DNA of 64,000 nt from Macrostomum lignano (Eukaryota): the NCBI GenBank assembly GCA_002269645.1, contig NIVC01004021.1, positions 119 through 64,118 on the forward strand, read 5' to 3'. Made by a program: the position numbers and the translations under genes. Shown here piece by piece: positions 12,101 through 22,836 of this stretch. The stretch's first letter is position 1. Each line of letters begins with the position of its first letter. The notes under the pieces were generated by a model. It saw nothing but the letters and a program-made list of their open reading frames with translations, made no database searches and was not told where the DNA came from.

Positions 12101-15100
12101 CCAGTGCGATCATCCCTGCTGACTCCCCAGCATTAAATGTGATCAGCTCTACATCCATCCACCCAGTGCGGTCAGCAATTAGGGTCAGAAAGCTGCCCTC
12201 ACCTTTCCCGTGACATTCGACAGAGAAAAGTCATCATAGGACGCCACAATCTCGCCGGTTTCAACGATGCCAAAAGTCACAGCCGACAATGTCGGTATGA
12301 AATCGTCGAGCAGCTCCGAGTTCAGTTCTGTCAGCGTCTCGTCGGACTTGTCCAGCTTGCTCCAAAGTCGAATTTGGTCTTGGGAAATAATCTGCAGGTT
12401 GAATTGGCCCAGTGGACGGAAAGACAGTCTTTTGTATAGAAATGGACGATACTACTTACAGCAGAGTAAGCCAGTTTGATTCCACTGGATTGGTTGACTT
12501 GCACCTGCAAAATTTTTAATAGAAGTTTTGTTGACAATAAATGGTAATGCACAGATTCAATAATAGCAGCAATATCTCACATGGACACCATTAGAAGCAG
12601 ATAGCACGCTTGTCGTAACAAAATCGTCCGTGTTTGCTAAGTACGGCTTCAGACTGAAAGATGACCGAGTTTTCTGCGCGTCTAGCAGCTCCGCCTGGAA
12701 ATGGTTATTGTATTGCTATTGCTGTTATTATTGATATTATTAATGCTAAAGTACAAGCAGAAGAGAGGGTGGAGGAAGTAGAGATTGGAGGAAGTAAAGA
12801 TTGGAGGAAGTAGAGATTGGAGGAAGTAGAGATTGGAGGAAGAGGGGCGGAGGAAGAGGAACGGGGGAATAGGAGAGAGGAGGAAGAGGGGAGCGGAGGA
12901 AGAGGAGCGGAGGAAGAGGAGCGGAGGAAGAGGGGAGCGGAGGAAGAGGGGACAGGAGGAAGAGGGGAGCGGAGGAAGAGGTGACAGGAAGAAGAGGGGA
13001 GCGGAAGAAGAGGGGAGCGGAGGAAGAGGAGTGGAGGAAGAGGGGAGCGGAGGAAGAGGGGAGCGGAGGAAGAGGAGCGGAGGAAGAGGGGAGCGGAGGA
13101 AGAGGGGAGCGGAGGAAGAGGAGTGGAGGAAGAGGGGAGCGGAAGAAGAGGGGAGCGGAGGAAGAGGGGAGCGGAGGAAGAGGAGCGGAGGAAGAGGGGA
13201 GCGGAGGAAGAGGAGCGGAGGAAGAGGGGAGAGGAAGAAGAGGGGAGCGGAAGAAGAGGGGAGCGGAAGAAGAGGGGAGCGGAGGAAGAGGAGCGGAGGA
13301 AGAGGAGCGGAGGAAGAGGGGAGCGGAGGAAGAGGGGACAGGAGGAAGAGGGGAGCGGAGGAAGAGGTGACAGGAGGAAGAGGGGAGAGGAAGAAGAGGG
13401 GAGCGGAAGAAGAGGGGAGCGGAGGAAGAGGGGAGCGGAGGAAGAGGAGTGGAGGAAGAGGGGAGCGGAGGAAGAGGGGAGCGGAGGAAGAGGAGCGGAG
13501 GAAGAGGGGAGCGGAGGAAGAGGGGAGCGGAGGAAGAGGAGTGGAGGAAGAGGGGAGCGGAAGAAGAGGGGAGCGGAGGAAGAGGGGAGCGGAGGAAGAG
13601 GAGCGGAGGAAGAGGGGAGCGGAGGAAGAGGAGCGGAGGAAGAGGGGAGCGGAGGAAGAGGAGCGGAGGAAGAGGGGACAGGAGGAAGAGGGGAGCGGAG
13701 GAAGAGGTGACAGGAGGAAGAGGGGAGAGGAAGAAGAGGGGAGCGGAAGAAGAGGGGAGCGGAGGAAGAGGGGAGCGGAGGAAGAGGAGCGGAGGAAGAG
13801 GGGAGCGGAGGAAGAGGGGAGCGGAGGAAGAGGGGAGCGGAGGAAGAGGAGTGGAGGAAGAGGGGACAGGAGGAAGAGGGGAGCGGAGGAAGAGGAGCGG
13901 AGGAAGAGGGGAGCGGAAGAAGAGGGGACAGGAGGAAGAGGGGAGCGAAGAGTAGGGGCGCAGGTCATGAGCCGAAAAGGCTTGCCATAAAAGTGACGGT
14001 GACAAAGTCGACATATTCGGGCACAGTGACCAGGAGGCTGAGCCCAGTCTGACTGGAAGACTGCACCAGGCGGCCCCTGTACAGTTCGAGGCTCTTTGGC
14101 TTGCCGCGGTGGCTGAATTCCATCCACAGGCGGATGTCGTCGGTCGAGTTGCCAGTGAAGATGACCTCATTTGGCCGTTTAAGCAGCAACTGCCGGCGGG
14201 AGGGAAAATTCCCCACAGGGGATCATAAATTAGTGCTCATAATTCAGTAATTAGTCGTTCTGAGTTGCAACACAACAAACATAAGCTCACGTGCACAGTC
14301 ACTTTGAAACCGGGCAGGAAGTAGGGCAAGTCCGGGGTCTCCATAACCAGCTTGTACTTTTTGCCGTAGATGGTGAAAGATTTTTCAACAGCTTTCACGA
14401 TTTCTGAAGAAAAGTATTTTTTTATTTTAGCATGTAAACTATTCAAGCGTATAGCACCATTAATAGGTACAAGCACTATAGGTAGATACAGACTGATACA
14501 GAAACTACAGACTGATACAGAAACTACAGACTGATACAGAAAATACAGACTGATACAGAAACTACAGACTGATACAGAAACTACAGACTGATACAGAAAC
14601 TACAGCCTGATGCAGAAACTACAGACAGATAAAGACACAACAGACAGAATACACAACAGACAGAAGACACAACAGACAGATTAAGACACAACAGACAGAT
14701 TGACACAACAGACAGAAGACACAACAGACAGAAGACACAACAGACAGAAGACACAACAGACAGAAGACACAACAGACAGATTAAGACACAACAGACAGAA
14801 GACACAACAGACAGATAAAGACACAACAGACAGATTAAGACACAACAGGCAGATAAAGGCACAACAGACAGATAAAGACACAACAGACAGATTAAGACAC
14901 AACAGACAGATTGACACAACAGACAGAAGACACAACAGACAGAAGACACAACAGACAGAAGACACAACAGACAGATTAAGACACAACAGACAGAAGACAC
15001 AACAGACAGATAAAGACACAACAGACAGATTAAGACACAACAGGCAGATAAAGGCACAACAGACAGATAAAGACACAACAGACAGATTAAGACACAACAG

Positions 15101-18100
15101 ACAGAAGACACAACAGATACAAGACACAACAGACAGATTAAGACACAACAGACAGATTGACACAACAGACAGATTAAGACATAACAGACAGATTAAGACA
15201 CAACAGACAGAAGACACAACAGACAGATACAAGACACAACAGACAGATTAAGACACAACAGACAGAAGACACAACAGATACAAGACACAACAGACAGATT
15301 AAGACACAACAGACAGATTGACACAACAGACAGATTAAGACATAACAGGCAGATAAAGGCACAACAGACAGATAAAGACACAACAGACAGATTAAGACAC
15401 AACAGACAGAAGACACAACAGATACAAGACACAACAGACAGATTAAGACACAACAGACAGATTGACACAACAGACAGATTAAGACATAACAGACAGATTA
15501 AGACACAACAGACAGAAGACACAACAGACAGATACAAGACACAACAGACAGATTAAGACACAACAGACAGAAGACACAACAGATACAAGACACAACAGAC
15601 AGATTAAGACACAACAGACAGATTGACACAACAGACAGATTAAGACATAACAGACAGATTAAGACACAACAGACAGAAGACACAACAGACAGATACAAGA
15701 CACAACAGACAGATTAAGACACAACAGACAGAAGACACAACAGATACAAGACACAACAGACAGATTAAGACACAACAGACAGATTGACACAACAGACAGA
15801 TTAAGACATAACAGACAGATTAAGACACAACAGACAGAGAAAAGGACTACAGCAAGATACAGACAGACAGATACGGACACTACAGACGCAACATACCGAT
15901 GATACTGCTAAGGAAGGCAAGAAAATAAAACATGCGTCCGACAGACAGTAAAGACAATAAACGCAATAAAGAGGCCGCTCACCGCTAAAGCGCTCCGTGA
16001 ATCGCACATTCACATTCACCGCAAAGTTGGCCCGCATGTTGAAGGTCAGGCCAGTTCTGTTGGTCCTCTCAGCCAGCTCGGCCCGCCACTCGGCCATCGG
16101 GAAGGTGAACACGGCTCGACCATCGCTGTTTTCGCCAGCCAGACTGGCGCTGAACCTCTTCACCATGTCGTAGTTGTTCTTGCAGGTTCGGCAGGGGTTC
16201 CACGGTCCGATGTCAGCCACTAGCAGGCCCTGCACCGCCTGCTTGTAGGTGTACCGCACCTCCACCGTTACGTTGAAGCTGTCGTCATCGACGTAAACAA
16301 AGTCCGGCGTGTGCACCTCCACGGTGAACTTGGGCAAAGTGTAGCGCTCAACTGAGAAGCTCTTGGACTCGCTCTGGCCCCGGCTGCCGCTGACTTCGAT
16401 TCGCCAGGTGCCCAGGTTCGGCGGGTCGGCCAGCTGGAACTGGCCTCGCATCACCGTCTGGGAGACGTTGCCGGCCAGGTCTGAAGGCACCTCGTGGCGC
16501 AGTCGATCGACCAGGTTGCCCTGGGCGTCCTGGACAGAGGGGTGGCGGTGATGCTTAGCGGATCTATACAGATCTGAAAGCATCTATAGAGATCTGAAAG
16601 CATCTATTGACATCTGAAAGCATCTATAGATATCTGAAAGCATCTATAGAGATCTGAAAGCATCTATTGACATCTGAAAGCATCTATAGATATCTGAAAG
16701 CATCTGTAGAGATCTGAAAGCATCTATTGACATCTGAAAGCATCTATAGACATCTGAAAGCATCTATAGACATCTGAAAGCATCTATTGACATCTGAAAG
16801 CATCAATTGACATCTGAAAGCATCAATTGACATCTGAAAGCATCTATAGACATCTGAAAGCATCTATTGACACCTGAAAGCATCTATTCTGAAAGCATCT
16901 ATTGACATCTGAAAGCATCTATAGACATCTGAAAGCATCTATAGACATCTGAAAGCATCTATTGACATCTGAAAGCATCTATTGACATCTGAAAGCATTT
17001 ATACTCGCCTTAATAAGCGCAGTGAAGTTGGCGGCCACAGGTCGAAGCGAGCCGTCCAGACAGAAGACGCGAAACTTGACAGTCTGCCCAGGCTGGTACA
17101 GGGCCTTGTCGGTCTGCACGAAGGTCAGAAAGCTGGGGCCCTGGAGGTTGACGCTGGTCTCATTGCGATAGACGGAACCGGTTGAGCTGGTCAGTTCCAC
17201 GCTAAGTTTGTAGCTGCCTGACAAGTCAATCGAGTCCTGAGGGACAAAAACGCGCAAAGTTGTCTCAGATCAGTATAAACGTGATCCGTATGATTTAATC
17301 CCTATACAGATTTAATCCCTATACTGATAGATTTAATTCCCATAGCACTATAAACGTGATAGTTGTGATTCCCCAGAGACACAGAAAAATGACTTAGATT
17401 ATTTTTTGCTATTTTAGTTGGTCTCAGTGACAATGCTTGAGAATAATTGAGAAAGAGATATCGGAAATTTATGAATCCCAAAAGCTTTATTAAGTTTCGA
17501 AAGACCAAGGATATGTACTAACTGTACATTTATATTTTCTCGTGCATACAGTATATTTTATTATCTTTGGGTGGAACTTGGAACGAAAGATAGCAAAAAT
17601 AAACAAAATACTCACGTCATTTTCCAATGGCAGTGACAGGGTTAGCGCATCTAAAAATAGTAATTAGAGGGATTTCCTTTTCGTAAGCTTGAATTGGGCT
17701 TCTTACCCACAGGGCTGCTCACCCACAGAGCTGCTCACCCACAGAGCTGCTCACCCACAGAGCTGCTCACCCACAGAGCTGCTCACCCACAGAGCTGCTC
17801 ACCCACAGAGCTGCTCACCCACAGAGCTGCTCACCCACAGAGCTGCTCACCCACAGAGCTGCTCACCCACAGAGCTGCTCACCCACAGAGCTGCTCACCC
17901 ACAGAGCTGCTCACCCACAGAGCTGCTCACCCACAGAGCTGCTCACCCACAGAGCTGCTCACCCACAGAGCTGCTCACCCACAGGGTTGCTTACTCACAC
18001 ACCGTCTCATCTACAAGTCCGGATCTTCTGTCAGCAGTTCTATCCAGGAGTAAAAATACTCCCAAATCTTTCACATTGAAATTTCTCTCACCTGTGTCTC

Positions 18101-18894
18101 CAGTGTTGTGGCCACCGCCGGTGCTGGTCCAGTAATCCTCGGCGCTGAGATTCCGAGCTCCCTCGGCCATTTTCACGGTGGAAATTTGAGCTCTAGCAGA
18201 GACGATGGTCTCGCCAGGCAGAGAGCAGCTGACCGTGTAAGTGGACCCCAGCCGACCGAATTTGGGCGCCAGTACCAGGTAGTGCCTAGGGCCGTTTGGT
18301 GAGCGGTTTTAGATTTTATTTTGCGGGTTCTGCGAGTGCATCCATTCACATTGGGTATTTGAGCCCAAAGAATACTGACGCCTGGAGGAGGAGAAAAGAC
18401 GGATGTGGAGGATAGGGAAAAGGAAGGGAGCGGGGAAGGGATAGGGGAAGGAGCGGGGAAGGAGCGGGGAAGGAGCGGGGAAGGGATCAGGGAAGGGATC
18501 AGGGAAGGGATCAGGGAAGGGAGCGGGGAAGGAGCGGGGGAGGAGCGGGGAAGGGATCAGGGAAGGGAGCGGGGAAGGGATCAGGGAAGGAGCGGGGAAG
18601 GAGCGGGGAAGGAGCGGGGAAGGGATCAGGGAAGGGAGCGGGGAAGGGAGCGGGGAAGGAGCGGGGAATGGATGGGGGAAGGGAGCGAGAAGGGATTGGG
18701 GAAGGGAATGGGAAAGGGAGCAAGGAGGGAGAGGGTAGAATATGATTTTCAGCAGATAAAGTAGAAATCAGACTGCAATAAATCTCTCGTTCATTCGTCA
18801 CTCACAAGTTGCCAAACTGGTCAGTTCCGTTGGCTGGTTGAGCAGCAGCGAGGCCAGCTGGTGCCAGCATCAGCAGCAGCAGTAGCGCAATCAT
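6165..18894 (-). CDS. TEP: Thioester-containing protein, alpha-2-macroglobulin/CD109/insect-TEP family, 18 exons, about 1520 aa
   Basis: Exons (minus): 18894-18806, 18285-18092, 17650-17616, 17236-17009, 16529-15983, 14403-14291, 14189-13986, 12694-12581, 12504-12460, 12391-12203, 11057-10815, 10731-10689, 10594-10414, 9778-9368, 9209-8180, 7490-6804, 6623-6518, 6268-6165. Total 4563 nt, all splice phases compatible. Signal peptide MIALLLLLMLAPAGLAAA, YLVLAP, FVQTDKALYQPGQTVKFRV (MG2), GTWRIEV, RTYFPETMLW, LPDTITSW, thioester PRGCGEQNM (8888-8902), DGSYSAFG, WLTAFVL, VEVTAY, GGFHDTQST, receptor-binding QKYYNP, C-terminal CQACPDCPGC. Confidence 0.95.
9793..10386. repeat. Intronic 25/27-bp minisatellite (GAGTTCGAGTTTGAGT[AT]AGGATCACA)n
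   Basis: Tandem copies filling TEP intron 9779-10413, abutting the 3' splice site. Confidence 0.95.
11085..12127. repeat. Intronic 34-bp minisatellite (CCAGTGCGATCATCCCTGCTGACTCCCCGGCCAC)n
   Basis: About 30 near-identical head-to-tail copies with no spacers, so not a CRISPR. Confidence 0.95.
12767..13952. repeat. Intronic polypurine repeat (GGAGGAAGAGG[GG]AGC)n
   Basis: About 1.2 kb almost purely A/G on the plus strand; source of the spurious R/E/G and S/P/L ORFs. Confidence 0.95.
14486..15890. repeat. Intronic ACAGAC-based compound minisatellite
   Basis: 19-bp ACAGACTGATACAGAAACT units, then ACAACAGACAGATTAAGAC variants. Confidence 0.95.
16560..16998. repeat. Intronic 20-bp minisatellite (GACATCTGAAAGCATCTATA)n
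   Basis: Fills the GC-AG intron 16530-17008. Confidence 0.95.
17705..17985. repeat. Intronic 16-bp minisatellite (CACAGAGCTGCTCACC)n
   Basis: Essentially perfect tandem copies. Confidence 0.95.
18410..18735. repeat. G-rich low-complexity repeat (GGGAAGGAGCGG/GGGATCAGGGAA) in TEP intron 1
   Basis: Many GGG/GGGG runs with short purine loops. Confidence 0.85.
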
Positions 18895-18989
18895 CTTGCC
18901 GCTGATTTGATATTCTACTATCTGGTGGGTTGTAGTTTCACACTTGTTGACTTTTCTGATGCTAAACCAGTTGTATGTGATTCGCGAGT

Positions 18990-19035
18990 TTAACTCAGTG
19001 ATAAGTCAACCAAAAAGTTGTTGTGTTTATATAGG
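18990..19035 (-). promoter_or_regulatory. TEP core promoter: TATA box and probable TSS
   Basis: Minus-strand CCTATATAAACAC (TATATAAA 19033-19026), TCACTG Inr-like about 30 nt downstream, about 130 nt upstream of the ATG at 18894. Confidence 0.55.
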
Positions 19036-19362
19036 CAAAACGCTACTCAATTTGTACTCAAAATTAAGCTAAAATTTATACGTGGCGCAACTAATTAAGC
19101 GACCAATTAAAAGGTTGGATTTTTAGACTTGTTTAGATTTGATTATTTATCTCACCAATCAACCTGCTAAGTCTCTCTTTTCGTTCTGTGGTTAATTTGT
19201 TTGACGCCACTGGATATCAACGTGTGCCTACAGTGTATAATTTGCATTACTCATTATTTAAAACCACGTGACTGACTAATTACCACGGCACCCCTTGTCT
19301 AGCTGTCGGTATTTCATACACTCACGTCATGATTATTTTTTTGGCATTAAAATTGTAGATGA

Positions 19363-21125
19363 ATTGGCGCCCTCTCAGATAAATTGGCGCCCTCTCAGAT
19401 AAATTGGCGCCCTCTCAGATGCATTGGCGCCCTCTCAGATAAATTGGCTCACTCTCAGATGCATTGGCGCCCTCTGAGATAAATTGGCTCACTTTCAGAT
19501 AAATCGGCTCACTCTCAGATAAATCGGCTCACTCTCAGATAAATCGGCTCACTCTCAGATAAATCGGCTCACTCTCAGATAAATCGGCTCACTCTCAGAT
19601 AAATCGGCTCACTCTCAGATAAATCGGCTCACTCTCAGATAAATTGGCTCACTCTCAGATAAATCGGCTCACTTTCAGATAAATCGGCTCACTCTCAGAT
19701 AAACCGGCTCACTCTCAGATAAATCGGCTCACTCTCAGATGCATTGGCGCCCTCTGAGATAAATTGGCTCACTTTCAGATAAATCGGCTCACTCTCAGAT
19801 AAATCGGCTCACTCTCAGATAAATCGGCTCACTCTCAGATAAATCGGCTCACTCTCAGATAAATCGGCTCACTCTCAGATAAATTGGCTCACTCTCAGAT
19901 AAATCGGCTCACTTTCAGATAAATCGGCTCACTCTCAGATAAACCGGCTCACTCTCAGATAAATCGGCTCACTCTCAGATAAATCGGCTCACTCTCAGAT
20001 AAATTGGCTCACTCTCAGATAAATCGGCTCACTTTCAGATAAATTGGCTCACTCTCAGATGCATTGGCGCCCTCTCAGATAAATTGGCTCACTCTCAGAT
20101 AAATTGGCTCACTCTCAGATAAATTGGCTCACTTTCAGATAAATCGGCGCACTCTCAGATAAATCGGCTCACTCTCAGATAAACCGGCTCACTCTCAGAT
20201 AAATCGGCTCACTTTCAGATAAATCGGCTCACTCTCAGATAAACCGGCTCACTCTCAGATAAATCGGCTCACTCTCAGATGCATTGGCGCCCTCTCAGAT
20301 AAATTGGCTCACTCTCAGATAAATCGGCTCACTCTCAGATAAATCGGCTCACTCTCAGATAAATCGGCTCACTCTCAGATAAATCGGCTCACTCTCAGAT
20401 AAATCGGCTCACTCTCAGATAAATCGGCTCACTCTCAGATAAATTGGCTCACTCTCAGATAAATTGGCGCCCTCTCAGAAAAATTGGCGCCCTCTCAGAA
20501 AAATTGGCGCCCTCTCAGAAAAATTGGCGCCCTCTCAGAAAAATTGGCGCCCTCTCAGATAAATCGGCGCCCTCTCAGATAAATCAGCGCCCTCTCAGAT
20601 AAATCGGCGCCCTCTCAGATAAATCGGCGCCCTCTCAGATAAATTGGCGCCCTCTCAGATAAATCGGCGCCCTCTCAGATAAATCAGCGCCCTCTCAGAT
20701 AAATCAGCGCCCTCTCAGATAAATCGGCGCCCTCTCAGATAAATCAGCGCCCTCTCAGATAAATCGGCGCCCTCTCAGATAAATCAGCGCCCTCTCAGAT
20801 AAATCGGCGCCCTCTCAGATAAATCAGCGCCCTCTCAGATAAATCAGCGCCCTCTCAGATAAATCAGCGCCCTCTCAGATAAATTGGCGCCGTCTCAGAT
20901 AAATCAGCGCCCTCTCAGATAAATCGGCGCCCTCTCAGATAAATCAGCGCCCTCTCAGATAAATCGGCGCCCTCTCAGATAAATCAGCGCCCTCTCAGAT
21001 AAATCAGCGCCCTCTCAGATAAATTGGCGCCCTCTCAGATAAATTGGCGCCCTCTCAGATAAATTGGCGCCGTCTCAGATAAATCAGCGCCCTCTCAGAT
21101 AAATCAGCGCACTCTCAGATGAATC
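19363..21125. repeat. 20-bp satellite (CTCAGATAAATCGGCTCACT / CTCAGATAAATTGGCGCCCT)n, about 88 units
   Basis: Strict 20-bp periodicity visible as columns in the 60-nt lines; two variant domains. Confidence 0.97.
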
Positions 21126-21540
21126 GACGCCTCCCCAATGGAAGACCCTGGCTACGCCCCAGATACACGACGAATGACGGCACTTCTGGTTGTTTCACCC
21201 ATTACTGAATAATTAATGACATTGCTTAGCTTTTGCGCTGCGTGACAGCGGGAGTAAAAGGGGAGGGACATGTTGCTCCTACTTGTTGTTGAAGTTTGTC
21301 CCGAAACCAGTGGTCAATTTTTCTCAAATCTCGGCTCCAGTGATGCAATTCACACCTGTGGGATGATGCAATTTGCCTCACAAGGCTTAGGCTGGTGAGG
21401 AGAGAGCGGAGCTATGCCTCGGTGGAAGCTTCAAAAGTTCTCCCTCCCTCTATCACTACTTGAAGGGTTTCTGACTACTGGCTTGCCACAATATGACTGC
21501 CAGACTATATCTACTGCAAGTGACTTTTGACTCCCGACGA

Positions 21541-21620
21541 TTTAGGTTAGGCTTAGGTTTAGGGTTTAAGGTTAGTGGTTAGGGTAAGGTTAGGGTTTAG
21601 GATTGGAGTTATTGTTAGGG
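21541..21620 (+). repeat. Degenerate interstitial TTAGGG-like tract
   Basis: tttaggttaggcttaggtttagggtttaaggttagtggttagggtaaggttagggtttagg. Confidence 0.6.
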
Positions 21621-22836
21621 TCTGTAGTCAATTTTCAGTGGTTGAATTGTTGGCAGACCGTCAAAAGACGCTGACATTCGAACAACGATGTTTTCAAGGA
21701 AATGTTCACGTCTTCTAAGGTTAACAGTGTAATGAGTCAGAAAGATACCTTAAAGAAGTCCTTTAGGAATATTTTTTGATTTGACAATGTACTTCTCATC
21801 GATTCGACACTCCAAATTGTCTGTCCAGCCTTCGCACCTCAGTGTTTACACCTTTTTTCAGGCTAATGTCCTTCCAGTTAAGAAGCCCTTAGTTAGCCCT
21901 GAATGGCCTACCTAATTAAGGCTTACGGATAAAACCGAAGGTCCTATGAGTACATCGTACAGTTGATTCTTAAATAAGTTCTTGAAGGCAGTTTACTGAG
22001 AGAAAATATCCATATAGCATCCAAAGCATTCATTTATTGCACTATTTTGTCAATGCAATGCATAGAAGTGCATTGATGCTTGAAATAAATGAGCTGCACA
22101 ACGCTTGACAACACATTCTAATAAATAAAGGATCAATAATTTTCTATTCAATAGTGGAATGCTTCAATTTACCGTGTGGCATATATTTTTGGCAAGTGTA
22201 TCCCGGAAAAGCCAGTTCAATGTCCAAGCGTTTCAGGGACCTTTGCTTGGTGGAGGCAGTGCTTTTAACAATAAGAGACAAAAATTACTTCATTAACAAC
22301 TCGAATTAAATCCCAACCAACAAAACGCAGTTTAAAGGGCTGGTAAAGCTGAGGTTACCTTGTACAGAATGGTATTAGTGATTTAACTGACTGAATGTTG
22401 TCACCTGCTGCTACAACCTTTTAAAATATGATGTTTAATGATTCATAATCATTGAAAGCCTAAAAAGTTGTCAAATCTCGTGCATGCATAAATTGTCACT
22501 TTTGGCGTAATTTAAAAGTTACGCAAAACAACAACACCTAGCTATGGAAAGCAACGCTACATAATCTAAATCGGTAAGTAAGCCGTAGAAAACTTATATT
22601 TGAATGCTGTCTTACCTTTTGAATGCAATAATCTTGAAGCCTAACAGCCACAGGTGCTTATTTTAAGTTACAACTGTTGCCAAACTACTTTATGACCCTT
22701 GGAGCTTCTAATTTGCCCGACTTGGCACCAGCTGAATTCAATTTAGCAGACGAATGCGACAATCTTTCATTTTTTAACACCAACGAGAAGTGTACAGTTT
22801 TGCAAACGGGACGGATGCGCCAGCGTTCTTGTGGTG

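Noticed and set aside
11085-12127. 34-bp repeat as a CRISPR array
   Set aside because: Head-to-tail copies with no unique spacers, inside a spliceosomal intron, and no cas genes.
14201-14213. kB-like sites GGGAAAATTCCCC and GGGATTTCC (about 17669) in TEP introns
   Set aside because: Both coincide with polypyrimidine tracts of 3' splice sites on the minus strand; chance occurrence is likely.
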